Under the pieces are notes generated by a model. That model had not been told where the DNA came from and did not search any database. It was given only the letters and a program-made list of their open reading frames with translations. This document shows, one piece after another, positions 1-13,194 of a stretch of DNA of 58,394 nucleotides (position 1 is its first letter; each line of letters opens with the position of its first letter). The DNA comes from Girardia tigrina. Taxonomy: Eukaryota. A program made the translations under genes and the position numbers. The stretch covers positions 1 to 58,394 of the forward strand of contig MQRK01228157.1 in assembly GCA_001938485.1 (NCBI GenBank). Reading direction: 5' to 3'.

Positions 1-389
1 ATGAGTTTTACAACATTTATTAATATCACAAGCGCATTCACTATTTGACATTTTTCTTGATCAATATATTTCTGAGTTCATACTAATTATTTTCAATAAA
101 TGAAAATCTGTTAATAAAATTATTAATTATAAAGAATCTAATTGATTACCATTAAATGTAAACATTTTAAAAAAAGAACATATGAAATTAATATATTAAA
201 ATTTTAAATTACGTTAAAAAATAAATAATACATTCAAAAATTATTTTAAATCTTTTTAGTTTAAAATTAAATTATTTTTAATTAGTAAGAATCAAGAAAA
301 TATCAATCATCCATCTGTGCAGGAGAGGCACAATCCGAATCAACATAAAACATGCACAATATCAACACACAATTCAAAACATTCCTCAC
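1..389 (-). mobile_element. LTR of the dispersed TGTGAGGAAT solo-LTR family (runs off the window start)
   Basis: Minus strand begins TGTGAGGAATGTTTTG at 389 and shares blocks with the copies at 23329-23835 and 49040-49597. A purine tract (GAAGGGAAAA) lies shortly upstream. Confidence 0.5.
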
Positions 390-1329
390 AGTCATATTAA
401 TTTTCCCTTCAGCAAAAGATAAAAAATTCTCTTTTCTTAATAGAGATCTGCCAGCATAATGATTCGATATAAAATTTTTTTGATTAACTAGTTTTTTCAA
501 GTAGTGGATTAAAAGGATTTGAATAGTTGTCTTTTTGTCAGTCATTCTACATAACATGTAGCAAAGTATATCAATAATAAAATATAATTTTACAACAGGA
601 ATAGATTAAACTTTTTTGGTGCAAGAAACTTAATATATAAAGTTAAAAATCAAAAATAATTGCACATTGGTAAAATCACAAATAATTCTTGGAACAACTT
701 AACTATATCAAAAATTATAAATTTATGATTGTAAGGTGTATTATTAAAAAGACATTAATATTTTGAAAAATTTTAGATTCAAACAAATTTTTTTTATTTA
801 CATCTTTTAGTTTTCGATATTTTTTTTAATTTCGATTTTAATTCAAAATTTTCAATAACACAAATTGTGATGAGGTGCTTCATCTTTGAAAATATAAAAT
901 TATAAAAACACTCTTTGACAGTGACAAATAAAACAAACATCACTTTCAAATTAATTTTTGTTCTATTTAAGTTAATAATAATCTCGAATTTCTTGGAACA
1001 AAAATGACTAATTAATCATTTTAAAATAATAAATGGATTAATATGTTGTCATTAGCATTTCACATTCGTCAAAAATTTCAGCTCGATCAGACCGCGGTAG
1101 GTTGGTGAAAAATGGTTTTGCAAGATAATACACAAATAACAAAGCAAACTAAATGAGTTCTTTTAAGGGTGATGAAATTAAGTTTTAGCAATTTATTTTC
1201 TTCAAACGACGAAAGTACCCAGTTAGGATTATATCAGTAGAAAAAGGGTCGGGTCTGACTGAAAGAATGTTTAAATCTTACTATTTGTTTAAGGACCTAA
1301 ATTTTTGTTTGTTTCTCAAACACATATTT

Positions 1330-1450
1330 CGTCTGTATTTGAATTTAGTTTATCAATAGTCAGGTAATTAGGGGAATGCCACATATTTTGAGGAGACACC
1401 ATGTCATCTCTGCAAACGAATCATGTAACGCAGTCGTTCTTATTGTAGCA
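1330..1450 (+). mobile_element. Degenerate Penelope-like GIY-YIG fragment
   Basis: ACATATTTTGAGGAGACACCATGTCATCTCTGCAAACGAATC reads TYFEETPCHLCKRI, matching the YIGETxRHLxKRI motif of the other copies. Confidence 0.5.
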
Positions 1451-1579
1451 GTGAAATTGTTGAAAATAGAAAGAGGAGAGTGTATAAAATGTTATTCATG
1501 AGGTCCTAGAATCCTAAAATTAATATTCAACCGACAATATCAAGCACTTTTTTAAACATATTTGAATAATAATTTTCGA

Positions 1580-2560
1580 AAATTACTATTACACGAGGAT
1601 TCATTATTATCATTTGTGTATAGAAGAGTGTAACCTCAGGAAGCGCCATCAATAATTATGGTTCAAGTTCAAAAGTTGTAGGCGACTAAGTTTCTCAGAT
1701 TCAATCACATCATGGCGCTTAGGAAGTGTTATCACACAGGAAAATGTTCAGAATGAGAGACAGCTAATGAGAAATGACCCAAAGTTATCTATCCAAGATT
1801 TGGAACAAATTCCCGACATTAAAGTGGACACTTTAATCTCACTGTTATAGATAAATTACAGATGCGGAATTTTTGTAACTTATTAGTTCCAGGCACTTCA
1901 AATACAAATATTATAACTGTTTCTCGTGATATTTTCAATTTTATGGAAATTAAGGATCACGACATCATGATACATAATTTTTGCGTTTATGTACTATTTA
2001 TGGATGTAGCATCGAAATTCTTGATAAGATATTGTTAAAAGGACACTGTGTTCCTGCACTAAGAAAAAGGTGACAAACTTCAAGACAGGGATTAACTCAA
2101 CTTAAATCGTTATTAATTCTAGCAGTTTCATTTGATAAAAACTTCAGCGGTCAATTTTTACTTCTAAATTCATTAATCTTTTAAAAGCAAATATTATGTA
2201 AAATTCCTGCAGGATCTCGGTAAATCAGGAAGATCAAATAACAATCCAATGGCGTTTTTAACCTGTATATTTAGCATGATAATATGCTACCTCATAGTGT
2301 CACTATTGTGAAACAATTTTGTGATACTCCTGGCGTATATTTTACCAGACAAAGTCTTTACTCACCCGCTTTCAATGTATTAGATTGGTGGTACTTTCTG
2401 CACACCAAATCTGTAATTGGTAAGACTTGTTGTTATTCTTCTGAAGAAATTTCATCATTTGTCAAGTCCATAATCTGATCGATAAAAAGTGATAATTTTA
2501 ACGATCTTTTCAATAGCCTAAATATCTCTGAATAGTTGTAAATGTCCAAGAGACATGTGA
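1580..2560 (+). mobile_element. Heavily decayed mariner transposase
   Basis: VITQENVQNERQLMRNDPKLS (HTH region) near 1730. HDNMLPH...LYSPAFNVLD at about 2276-2385 corresponds to mariner HDNAxPH...YSPDLxPxD. Confidence 0.65.
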
Positions 2561-2670
2561 CAGATTAAGCAGGTAGAATTTGTAAATATGTCTCGACGTA
2601 CATTTTCGGTAATAAATGACGAGACTTTTCTAGAAACGCAGTATATTTTGTTTCAATTGTTTTTCATTTT

Positions 2671-2707
2671 ATCTGATGATGACAAATGATCCTTTGAAAT
2701 TAATCTC
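2671..2707 (+). ncRNA. Degenerate minimal hammerhead ribozyme relic
   Basis: CTGATGATGACAAATGATCCTTTGAAATTAATC resembles the 37555-37593 HHR, but stem II is broken. Confidence 0.45.
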
Positions 2708-4025
2708 TGATTTCTCTCTTTTTTGTCAATAAATCTCTAGTGCCTCATATTGTGGTGCTTGCGTCAAAAACAACTTTAAAAATTACATTAAAAAATAACA
2801 GTTTTTTAAATAATTAAAAAATGTGTAGTAAATTTGAATCCTAAAATAAAGATTCGTCGTTTATTTTTCTTTTTTTCCTATTTTGATATTATCATTAACC
2901 GATATCTGAGAGCACGCCGATCGGTGACCACTGGGTCTAATCGGGTCACGAGCAAACTCAATATAATCGAACGATTCCCTCGATCGCCGGGCTCCCTCAC
3001 AGTCAAGAAGTCCTGACTACTGTGACGTGGCAGTGACCAGAACTTCACATATATTAATAATTTCGAGAGTAATGACATCTTTTAGCAACAAGAAATTCTT
3101 TCAGATTTAGAAAATATTGTATCAGAATTCATTTCTATGTGTTTATAAAATGTCTACATCATATCCTATTTTATTATTTTTTATATTTCTTCTATAGTAC
3201 AAGATAATTAAATTTATAAAATAGGTCTTGATATCCAGTTAATGAAAATAAAAGATTTTTGTCCTAACTTTTCATCATGAGATTTTTTCAAATTAAATAT
3301 TTCAGTTCAGCTATACAAATAATTGTATTGTTAGTTTAACAATAAAAATTGTTATTCTCATGTTTCATTATTCAATGATGAATAGATGTAGAACATATTA
3401 GCTTTATAAATCATTGCTTAGAATTGCAATATGAGATACTGTAAAAAAATCACATACTTTTTTATTTTAATTTCAGAGATCAAAATCAAGTGATGATGAC
3501 AATAAAAGGTAGGAGTTCCTTTTGGATTTGTGTTCAAATTAGATTATTAAGAGAATAATTGAAATCTTTATCTGTATATTCATTTATATCTAATTGTTTT
3601 CTTTGACGGGAAGGGATCAAGACAAAGAAATTTGCCTTTATTTATGTAAGATTTGTAAGTATAATTTATAAGATATTTTAATTCTCAACATTTAAATAAT
3701 TATTGATATTATTAAATATATATATCTATATCGATATCCATATTTATAAGAAACGGTTAAAAATAGAAATACTAAAATATCCTCAAATAAATTCAGTTGT
3801 TTAAATAAACAGAAATTTTGTGGGTAATTCAAAAAGTTGTCGATAAATAAATTATTTGGATCCAAGCTTATCTCTTTTGTGATTTGAATGTCTGAAGAAA
3901 CAGGAGACATTTATGCGACCAATGTCGTTCCTAACAATTTATATTTAAATATAAAATAAAATAAATAAATTATATATTAAAGAATTTATAAAACAAATAA
4001 TAGATAAAAATAACATTATGGTTAT

Positions 4026-4619
4026 GTAAGTAGCGTTTATGCCACTTTCATTATTATCAAATTCCGAAGTCATAATTTAATACCAAAAAATATTAATATC
4101 AACAATTCACATATTTAAACAAATTTCTTATTAATTCAATTATTTCGCCCAAAATTAATTCATTAAATTTTTTCTATTAAATTTTGAAAATTTACGAAAT
4201 TTAAACTTTAATATATATTTACATTTTTTTACGAAAATTTTACGAAATTCAAACCTTAAATTATTTTACATTTTTTTACGAAAATTTTACGAAATTTAAA
4301 CTTTAAAATAATTCAAACATTTTTACGAAACTTTATCATAAAAACTAATTAATTTAGATTTACAATAAGCCCTTTTATTTAAAAAATTATTTCTTAAAAT
4401 ATTAATCCGTTAATTATTTATTTTAAAATTTATTTAAACTTATTTCATACTTTTATTAAAATATATCAATTGTTATTACTGTAAGCATATTTAAGATAAG
4501 TATTTATTTTATCATATTTTTACTCTACATTTTAATTTTTTAATTTATTTCTTTTAAATTTTCAATTTAAAAAAAATAGTACACTATTTTGGCGAAACTT
4601 AAATTTAAACTAATCCCTC
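4026..4619. repeat. AT-rich dispersed repeat, copy 1, with an internal ~45-bp tandem unit
   Basis: Colinear with 30080-30556 from GTAAGTAGCGTTTATGCCACTTTC to TTTTGGCGAAACTTAAATTTAAACTAA. The TTTTACGAAATTTAAAC unit repeats about three times here. Confidence 0.8.
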
Positions 4620-4989
4620 ATTGGTTTAATATCTATATTAGGTGTTTTTTTTCAAATTAAACTGCGTATTAATGTTTTCGAAAATACTGTAAAAATAATT
4701 AACCGTATATTTTGTTAACAACAGTCACAGTTGCTTGTTTGCGAAGCCGTAGCGCCGGTGGGGATACCTGAGTCTTTGAGACATGGAAACCAATGTCTAA
4801 CCGTATGAGATTGCAAGTATTATCAAAAGTTCTGTTCTGGACGTCTCTAATCATAAAGGAGTTATCATTAACTAATTTGACTAAAATAATTTTGATCATT
4901 GGCTTCTTGGTAGTGTTCAGGACGCATGAATCATCTAGGCTTTTGATTTTATTGAGAGCATCTTTGGGTACTTATTCCTTTTCCCCCAG

Positions 4990-6130
4990 TATGTTTTGAA
5001 ATATCAATTTAATATATCAACTTAATCTCAGATTCCCCCTGATTATTTCATTTTCATCTGTGAATGCATTCATCTGCCTCAATAGTGTATTTGTAATATC
5101 TTGTCCATTTCTCAAACATTTAATCTCATGCACAAAGGTCTTTGACTGATCTCATTCAATCAAAATAAATTCAGCATCATAAAGCTCTATTATCGTGAGA
5201 TCGTTTGACTGACGTTGACTTTTATTTTTCATTCTAAAATACATTACCCACCACAGAATCCAACCTATCGCTCTTTTTAAACTTCAGCAGTTGCTGAGCG
5301 ATTTTCGTTTGAAAATAAATCGTGATTTAGATTCCGATGTTTTATTAACTGTTGCCACTATGGTTCGTTTCAGTTCAGAATCTGTTGGTCCATTAGAAAA
5401 TATTACAAATTGTTCTTTCAATTTATCCTCACCAGTATACAAAAATCTTAGTTCATTTCACCATAATTCACAATTTTTATAATCATCAGCTGAGATTCCT
5501 CTGGACAGAATATGAGCCGGATTTTGTTTTGAAATTTCATGTTTCCAATTTTTTACCAATGTTATTTTTTGTAATTTGCCGACCCGATTATCCACGAATG
5601 GTTTATTCCCTATTTGCTTTATCCAATATATATATATCCAATCGCGATCATACAATCTGTCCAGATTCAAGTATTTGACATATAGATTCCCAGCGAATTT
5701 CCTACCTTTTTTTCTAATCTTGCCTTTTCATATGCTGTCATCAGTTCCAATCTGCACATTGCCATTACTTTTGTTGGGCTTATTCGATCTTTTGCTATTA
5801 CAAATTTTACATTAGATTTCATCTTCGATTTTCTGATGAAGATAGACAACGGCTTCATATGTATTTATCGCTATATCAACAAACACATGTAATTCTGTAT
5901 TCGTTATTGGTCTCTGTAATTTTCGTTCAACTTTTATCTCATTTAATTTTGAAAGCCCACTTACCCATGTTTCTATTTTTGAAGCCAAATCACCAGTTAA
6001 ATTCTCATCACCCGCTAATCCTTTAATACAGGTGTCCTGAATGCAATTGTGTTGTTTGGATATATTATAAATTATGGCTTAGAAACCAGGACTGGATTTC
6101 ATCTCCAATCTTAGCAAATCATGTAGGGTA
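4990..6130 (-). mobile_element. BEL/Pao LTR retrotransposon pol relic (RNase H region)
   Basis: Minus-strand ELHVFVD, AKDRISPTKVMAMCRLEL (Pao SKSRVAPLKxxTIPRLEL), KPFVDNRV and NPAHILSRG motifs, broken by stops and frameshifts. Confidence 0.85.
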
Positions 6131-7343
6131 AATAAAAGTTCGAATCTTTGTAGTATAAGAAACATCAGATGTAGTACCATACAAAATGGTTAATCAGTCA
6201 ATTGATCGCCAACTGAAGTATTCAGAAACTTCAACCATCATATTGTAATTAAAACTGGGTATCCTGAATATTATATCGTTTGCTACGAGTACTCCACACT
6301 CGAATTTTTCTTTCATAACCCAGAAGCGAGAAGCGGGTTTAGCCAAAAAGCGATATATTTTTCCCTTCGTCATCCTCTACATTCATTCTTTTTAAGCGCA
6401 ATTTTACACATGCGTCTCTGGTTTGACTGAAATCCGAATTGTGCTTTTTGGCAACCTTCACAATTTGAATACTTCCTGAAATTTCCTAACCGTGATGAGG
6501 TTATCTAGTGCCTTAGATTTTTTATTTGGAGGAAATTAATAGGAAGAGGAATTGTTTCTTTCTTTATTATTATAAAATTTCAGTAATCTCGCAGTCAATC
6601 ATTTGTATTATTCGTGAGAGTATTATGAATTCTTTAGACAATAAATTTTAAATTCGTTTTTTTATTAAATAAAATTAAAAACGGAAATGGAATGAAATAA
6701 ATATTTATTTTTTGACCGAAAAGTGAAGTTTGAATATTGGATAATGAAAGATACTTGACAAAGCAAAATATTTATATTTATATCTGCCTCTTATTTTCGA
6801 CGGAATGATTTATTAAGGAACGGAAAATTGATTGTTTTATTAAAAATGGAATCTTGAACAATTTTTCAAAACAAAAATTGCATTTTTTCTATCGATTATG
6901 AATCCGTATTATTTTGCTTTCAACATTTACGTTTCACTTCACTGAGTTCTTTGATTTAAAAAGTAAAGGAAAGAATTTGTTTTATATTTAATTATACTTT
7001 TTCAGTGTATTATAATTACTTTTTAATTAATCATTTTGTGTTAAAGACAAACTTATGACGAAGGAAAATTAATAATATGTTACTGAAATAGTATTTATTA
7101 GACAATAATATCTTCTAGAAAGATTGGGGAAAATGTGACTGGTTTAAGGGGTTGTACCTTCTGAAAATATGTATATTGATATTGGAAAGGGTATCCACCT
7201 ATTTATGAAAGATTGCAAACAAATTTCTGTAGTATTAATTCAACAAATGATTTTAAAATGATCCGATAAATGTTCAAAAATAAATTATGTAATGTTTTTT
7301 TAAAAAACAAAAATAACACCATTTTAATTTTAAATTTTTATTT

Positions 7344-7381
7344 GAAAACATGTTTCGCCACTTTTGTGGCATCTTCAGTTC
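7344..7381 (-). ncRNA. Minimal type I hammerhead ribozyme
   Basis: Minus strand reads GAA-CUGAAGA-U-GCCAC-AAAA-GUGGC-GAAA-CAUG-UU-UUC: intact core, 5-bp stem II, palindromic stem III. Confidence 0.85.
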
Positions 7382-8129
7382 TGTATTTAATTAGAAAGTT
7401 ATTGTTTATATAGAAANNNNNNNNNNNNNNNNNNNNNNNNNNNNNNNNNNNNNNNNNNNNNNNNNNNNNNNNNNNNNNNNNNNNNNNNNNNNNNNNNNNN
7501 NNNNNNNNNNNNNNNNNNNNNNNNNNNNNNNNNNNNNNNNNNNNNNNNNNNNNNNNNNNNNNNNNNNNNNNNNNNNNNNNNNNNNNNNNNNNNNNNNNNN
7601 NNNNNNNNNNNNNNNNNNNNNNNNNNNNNNNNNNNNNNNNNNNNNNNNNNNNNNNNNNNNNNNNNNNNNNNNNNNNNNNNNNNNNNNNNNNNNNNNNNNN
7701 NNNNNNNNNNNNNNNNNNNNNNNNNNNNNNNNNNNNNNNNNNNNNNNNNNNNNNNNNNNNNNNNNNNNNNNNNNNNNNNNNNNNNNNNNNNNNNNNNNNN
7801 NNNNNNNNNNNNNNNNNNNNNNNNNNNNNNNNNNNNNNNNNNNNNNNNNNNNNNNNNNNNNNNNNNNNNNNNNNNNNNNNNNNNNNNNNNNNNNNNNNNN
7901 NNNNNNNNNNNNNNNNNNNNNNNNNNNNNNNNNNNNNNNNNNNNNNNNNNNNNNNNNNNNNNNNNNNNNNNNNNNNNNNNNNNNNNNNNNNNNNNNNNNN
8001 NNNNNNNNNNNNNNNNNNNNNNNNNNNNNNNNNNNNNNNNNNNNNNNNNNNNNNNNNNNNNNNNNNNNNNNNNNNNNNNNNNNNNNNNNNNNNNNNNNNN
8101 NNNNNNNNNNNNNNNNNNNNNTAAATACA

Positions 8130-8167
8130 GAACTGAAGATGCCACAAAAGTGGCGAAACATGTTTTC
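8130..8167 (+). ncRNA. Minimal type I hammerhead ribozyme
   Basis: GAACTGAAGATGCCACAAAAGTGGCGAAACATGTTTTC, identical to the 7344-7381 copy. Confidence 0.85.
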
Positions 8168-8562
8168 AAATAAAAATTTAAAATTAAAATGGTGTTATTT
8201 TTGTTTATTGACTAAATTGCCATTTGATTTAAAGAAACTTAATTTTTTTTAATTTAATATATTTAATTTAGTAGGAGAGCAAAGTAAAATGCTTTAATTA
8301 AAAATTGAAAGAAATCTTTAATTCATTGTTATTCATTTACGTTTTCATTAATCCATTTACTGTAAAATCCTACAAAAGATATAGGTAAAACCTTTTAGCA
8401 GAATAAAGCTCGTAACTTCGAGGTATTCATATCTACTTTTATGATGTCTAGTTTGCAACTATTTTTAATAATAAAAAAAATCTTTCTTAAAAAATTAGTG
8501 TTAGCTTTAAATTAAAGGAAACACTTTGATTGGTTGTGACTTTTTGAACAGTTTGTATCATA

Positions 8563-8835
8563 TATTAAGTTGTTGCGAAAGCAATGAAGGTTTTTGAACC
8601 TAAACTTTATACAAATGTAACTCAGCACAGAATAAACTTTATTAATTGAAATAAAAACCATCAGAATGAATACATTTTTGCCAACGAAAAACAAGTTTTT
8701 GATGTCCTTAGTGTAGAACTCCTGAGATGAGGCAGGATTTCGTAGCCGAATTTGTTTAGCTTTTGGGGGTTCGGTTTTGCGATGTGTAGCCGGGCGTTGT
8801 CGTGAAGGAGAATTGGCCCTTTCATAATGAAACTC
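8563..8835 (-). mobile_element. Mariner 3' end fragment with TIR
   Basis: TATTAAGTTGTTGCGAAAGCAATG TIR and subterminal sequence are similar to 33098-33260; HYER...HDNARLH-type remnants are present. Confidence 0.75.
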
Positions 8836-9051
8836 TAAATATACTGCCATATATCTGCTACCACTGGTCAGTCTCTAGGGAAAACTGGAACTGTATATAT
8901 GGATCAATATCAAAATAATATTAATAAAATCAGTATGTAAAAAATAAATCAAAGAATTACTTTTTATAATGTCAAAGAAGATGGTGTATGTACTATGATA
9001 TTAGGATCAAAATATTTTTCTTTATTACTTCAGACATAAGTCACTAGCAGA

Positions 9052-11870
9052 CAGTGGCGGCCGCCCCCCAATATTATTTTTAGGGGATGAGAGTATCTTT
9101 GCATAATAATTTGCATAACCTTTTCGAATTATCACTCATTTTACCATTTTAAATATAGGCTTTTCCGTTAGTACAGCATATTCGGTACTGTTTTGTAATT
9201 AAGTTAAGTCGGTAACATTTGCAAATTAAATGAAAAGAGCGAGCGAATTATTGATGGAAATTAACAATTTGACTTAATGAAAACTGTAATTATTTATATA
9301 AAAAAATTGTGATTTTAAAGGAAAAGTTTTTTGTGAAATTATTATTATTATTATATGTAAAACTGTATTTTATTAAAAATTATTATTATGAAAAACAAAA
9401 ATTGCTTTTTTGTATTAACGCTTTAATTTGGCTTTGTTGATGTTGTAAAAAGTTAAAAAAAGTTGTGACTTTGGTTAAAAAAATACATGTTGTGTCATTT
9501 TTAGAGTTCATCAATTTCTGTTCTTGTGATTTATAACTCTAATCCTTTATGATGCAAATTATTGATTTTCAAAACTACTGTGTTACCGTCGTACTTTTTG
9601 AATTTACTTTAATTTTTTAGAGTATGCGCCGAATCGACACTTTTTTCAAGAGTGCTTCAATCGGTCATTTGACTTCCATCACTGACTGCCTTCCAACCCC
9701 AACAACAGGGTACATCCACAACGGCCGCGAGGTGATTTCGAGCTGTTCTTTAAGTCAGTCAACCGAGAAGTGTGAGATTGTTGCAGAACCTCCTCTGAAA
9801 AAAGACAAAAGGCGATCCGCCTATTATACGCAGAGAACCTAATCAGCCAAGTACTGCTACTTTCCCTGTCTCGGAGGACAAATAACGATTTCTTCCTGCT
9901 TGGTATAAACTCTTTACCTGGCTGGAATTGGATGAAGAAGTTGAAGTTGTCTTCTTCCACCCGTGCAGACAACTGCACCAACAAGGAGTCAGCATTTATG
10001 TCAAAAGCGAGAGGGCATTTACTACCAAGGGCTTCAAAAATTAGAAGAAGGTAACCCAGTGTTTCGGAGATCATGCGAGGAGTCTTTCGCTCTTTCAATC
10101 GGCCTACAAGTTCTCGAATCTCTTAAATGGCAGCAATGTTCTCAAACAATTGAATCTTCAAACTGAAGCTGAAAGAAAGAGGGCCACAGAATGCTTAACG
10201 CAGGTATTTTCCTCACTTCTGTTTCTTGTGCATCAATGCATTGCTATTCGTCTGCATGAAGATGTGAACAGCAATTTCAAACAGTTATTAAAGCTCCAAT
10301 GTGGTGACTTAAGTGATTTACTTCTCTGGTTGAAAAAAAACCACATGGATATGGGTAGAAATTCAGGAAGAAATTCTATAGACCATGTCCTTTACCATTA
10401 TTCGCCATTTCGCAAAAGTAGCAAAGGAAAGAAAATGTTTCGGCATCATTGCTGGTGAAACAGCAGACGTCAGTGGTCAGGAGCAGCTGATCTCAAACAG
10501 TTAGTGAAAACTTTGATGTGGAGGAAACGTATTTTGGATTGTACTCACTTGATCGTTGTGATATCCATACAATTTTCAGGTCCATTGAAGATGTTTTACG
10601 TCTACTAAATTTGGAAATAAAGGATTGCAAAACGGTGTGTCTTGACGCCGCAGCAGCTTACCAAGATGAGACAATCGGAGTTGCCAATCGAATTCAAGAG
10701 AAATCTCCAAGTGTTGTCAAAACACACTGCTACATGCACTGCATGAATCTGGCAGTGCAGGATGCTGTCTCAAGAGTGAATTCCTTCAACTCATTCACGA
10801 ACTCATAAATTTTATGCGAGGATTACCGAAACCATGTGCTTTTGTTCGTTTTGTGTCAGAGGCAATAGGTTCTCCCCAAACCCAGCTGCGTCCACTTTGT
10901 TATACAAGGTTTACAGTGACATACCGCGCAATTTCACGTGTTGATGAGATATTTCTGGTGAATGAGAAAGCGCTCCAGCTAAATGACAACGAATCCACTG
11001 ATACTTCTGTAAGCTCAAAGGCTAGTGTATTTTTTACGAAGACAGAATTTGAGTTTTTTCTCGGTTTGAGGCTGACATCTCTGTTTTTTGAAATCACCAA
11101 TCAATTAAGCAGCAGTCTTCAAGGGGAATCAACGTCTGCCGGTGCCGGCTTGCAGCTTATTCGTCATGCCACAATGGAGCTAACTTCGCATCGAACGGAA
11201 GATCCATTCTCAACCGTTTGGTAGTCAGCTTTATACCAATCTGAATACTTCAACAGTGACATTCTCAAAATTCTTCGAAAATCCCGGGCACCTGTACGAT
11301 TTCAGTCAAGTAAACAACATCACTTTTCAACTCCAAAGGACTATTACTGCGTGGCTTATTTTGAGGCGCTCGATTGCATTCTGTGTAAACTAAAGGAGAG
11401 AATTGAGAAAAAGGCAATGTCGGTTTTGATAGCCACAGAGCAATACAACTTGAATCGTATATGCCATCATTATGCAGAAGATTTGGACAAGCATCTAATA
11501 GCCGACGAGCTCCTTGGGTTGGAGCACCTTTGACCTGCTGGAAAAGAAAACGTCGCTACCACCCCCATGCAGATCATTAAGCGAATTGGTAACAGTCAAG
11601 TGACGCACATGATTCCGCAGGTGGTCCGTCTCATAAAATTGTATTTGGTCAGCCCAGCCTCAATTTCAACCGGTGAGAATTCTTTCAGCCAACTGAAGCT
11701 TCTCAAAACTCGCATGAGAAGCACCATGCTCCTAGAGAGGACGAATCACCTTCTCGTCTTTGCAACATATCCCGAGGAGGTGGACAACTTATAATTGAAA
11801 GAGTTTATTAATGAATTTATTCAGAAAAATGATCTTCGCCGTAAGACGCTTGCTATAATATTACTTGAAA
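9052..11870 (+). mobile_element. hAT transposon (ZMYM1/TTF-zinc-finger type), frameshifted transposase
   Basis: Starts CAGTGGCGG. ORF pieces 9624-11850 include ETADVSGQEQL, HCYMHCMNLAVQD, LRPLCYTRF and dimerisation-domain PASISTGENSFSQLKLLKTRMRSTM. No 3' TIR was identified. Confidence 0.88.
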
Positions 11871-13194
11871 AAATTGTGGATGAAGAATAAATTGTTAGTA
11901 TTTGGATTTTGTTTTTTTTTACATTGTGGTATGTGTCTACGGCCCAGTTACTTGGCCCCAGTAGGAAAAATCGTACCGTATGATTTTGTAAGCACAAGGA
12001 TGTCAAAAGGCGAAATTAATCAAACTAAAAATGCGATCTGCATATCAATTTATCAATTTATTATCAATTTGTGAACAGAAAATCTTAAAATTAAAAATCA
12101 ACTATACAATTCTTTCAATATTGAGCAGCAGTACTTAGTATTTTCCTTTGATTCTGTTCCTGAATTCGTTTTCAGAATAATTGAAATGGGTGTTACGCCA
12201 CATCATTGGGGTTTTATATTCCTATTTCTTACTAAAGTCATTTTCCTTACTTAAAAGACTTCATCAAATTTCTTGATTACTAAAAACGTGGGACCAATAT
12301 TTGGTTAATGTTAAACATATAATTCGGTTGTGTCATGTCTCATAAAGGTTCATTATTTACTGATCCCGATAATTTTGGGACTCTCCTGATTATTGTTAAA
12401 TTTGAACGTTTTTATGTTATTATATAATATATATTTCATACCGGCATGATAAGTCATCCAATAATATCCGAAACTTGTTTAAATGTATCTTGTATTTAAA
12501 CAATTATTTAAACAATCGTTGAAAAACGCATTTATTTTACAGTAAATCAGTATCATAAAATTTGATAAAATATATTTGAATAATATAACTATTTGTATTG
12601 TTGTAAACATTTATTTATTTATTTACCTTATTAAATATATTTTTATTACTAATTCTATCTTTTGTGTATAGTGAATATTAGATGATTAAAAATATGATAT
12701 GCCTTTTACTCGTTTTCCCAGTTACTTCTCTGAAAAATTAATCCTACGAATTCACCACCAAATGAATATATAAATATTTATATTTGAAACAAACAACCGC
12801 TGCTTTCAATATCGTTTAAATCGATCGCTGTTGCCACTATTTCCATCCCAAATGAGAGGCAACACTGAAAGTTTACCCAAATAATCATTAGTCTTACGAT
12901 AATCAAATCATTATATTTTTATTTATTTTATACATTTAATTATTTATTTATTAATCTATTTAGTTTTTATTTTTTAATTTCAAAAATAATTATCGAGTTA
13001 AAACAAGAAAGTATATATTTATATATTTAATATTATATATATATATATATATAATGTATATGGTAACTATTTTTAAGAAAAATAAAATTATAGTTCAATA
13101 TTAGTGATAAATATGTTATTACAAGATATTTAATATTGAGACTGCTTTACTTTTCCAATTTTTGATGTTTATAAATGGATTTATATGTCTTATT

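Larger units (their letters stand above)
7305..8207. mobile_element. Two inverted Penelope-like 3' ends (pLTR-like) flanking an assembly gap
   Basis: 7305-7417 and 8122-8207 are reverse complements where they overlap and match the 3' UTR of the element at 43677-44200. Confidence 0.75.

Noticed and set aside
303-557. 84-aa ORF with FAEGKIN and YVDSDC resembling TBP or polymerase motifs
   Set aside because: Its second half is the non-coding LTR-family sequence, so the motifs are coincidental.
3692-3934. Possible minus-strand exon
   Set aside because: No recognisable motif and no phase-consistent partner exons found.
4185-4330. Spaced repeats that might suggest a CRISPR array
   Set aside because: An AT-rich minisatellite without unique spacers, in a eukaryotic context with no cas genes.
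7338-8169. Long ORFs of 250-270 aa (also at 40265-40628 and 49169-49603)
   Set aside because: Artefacts of translating through N gaps.
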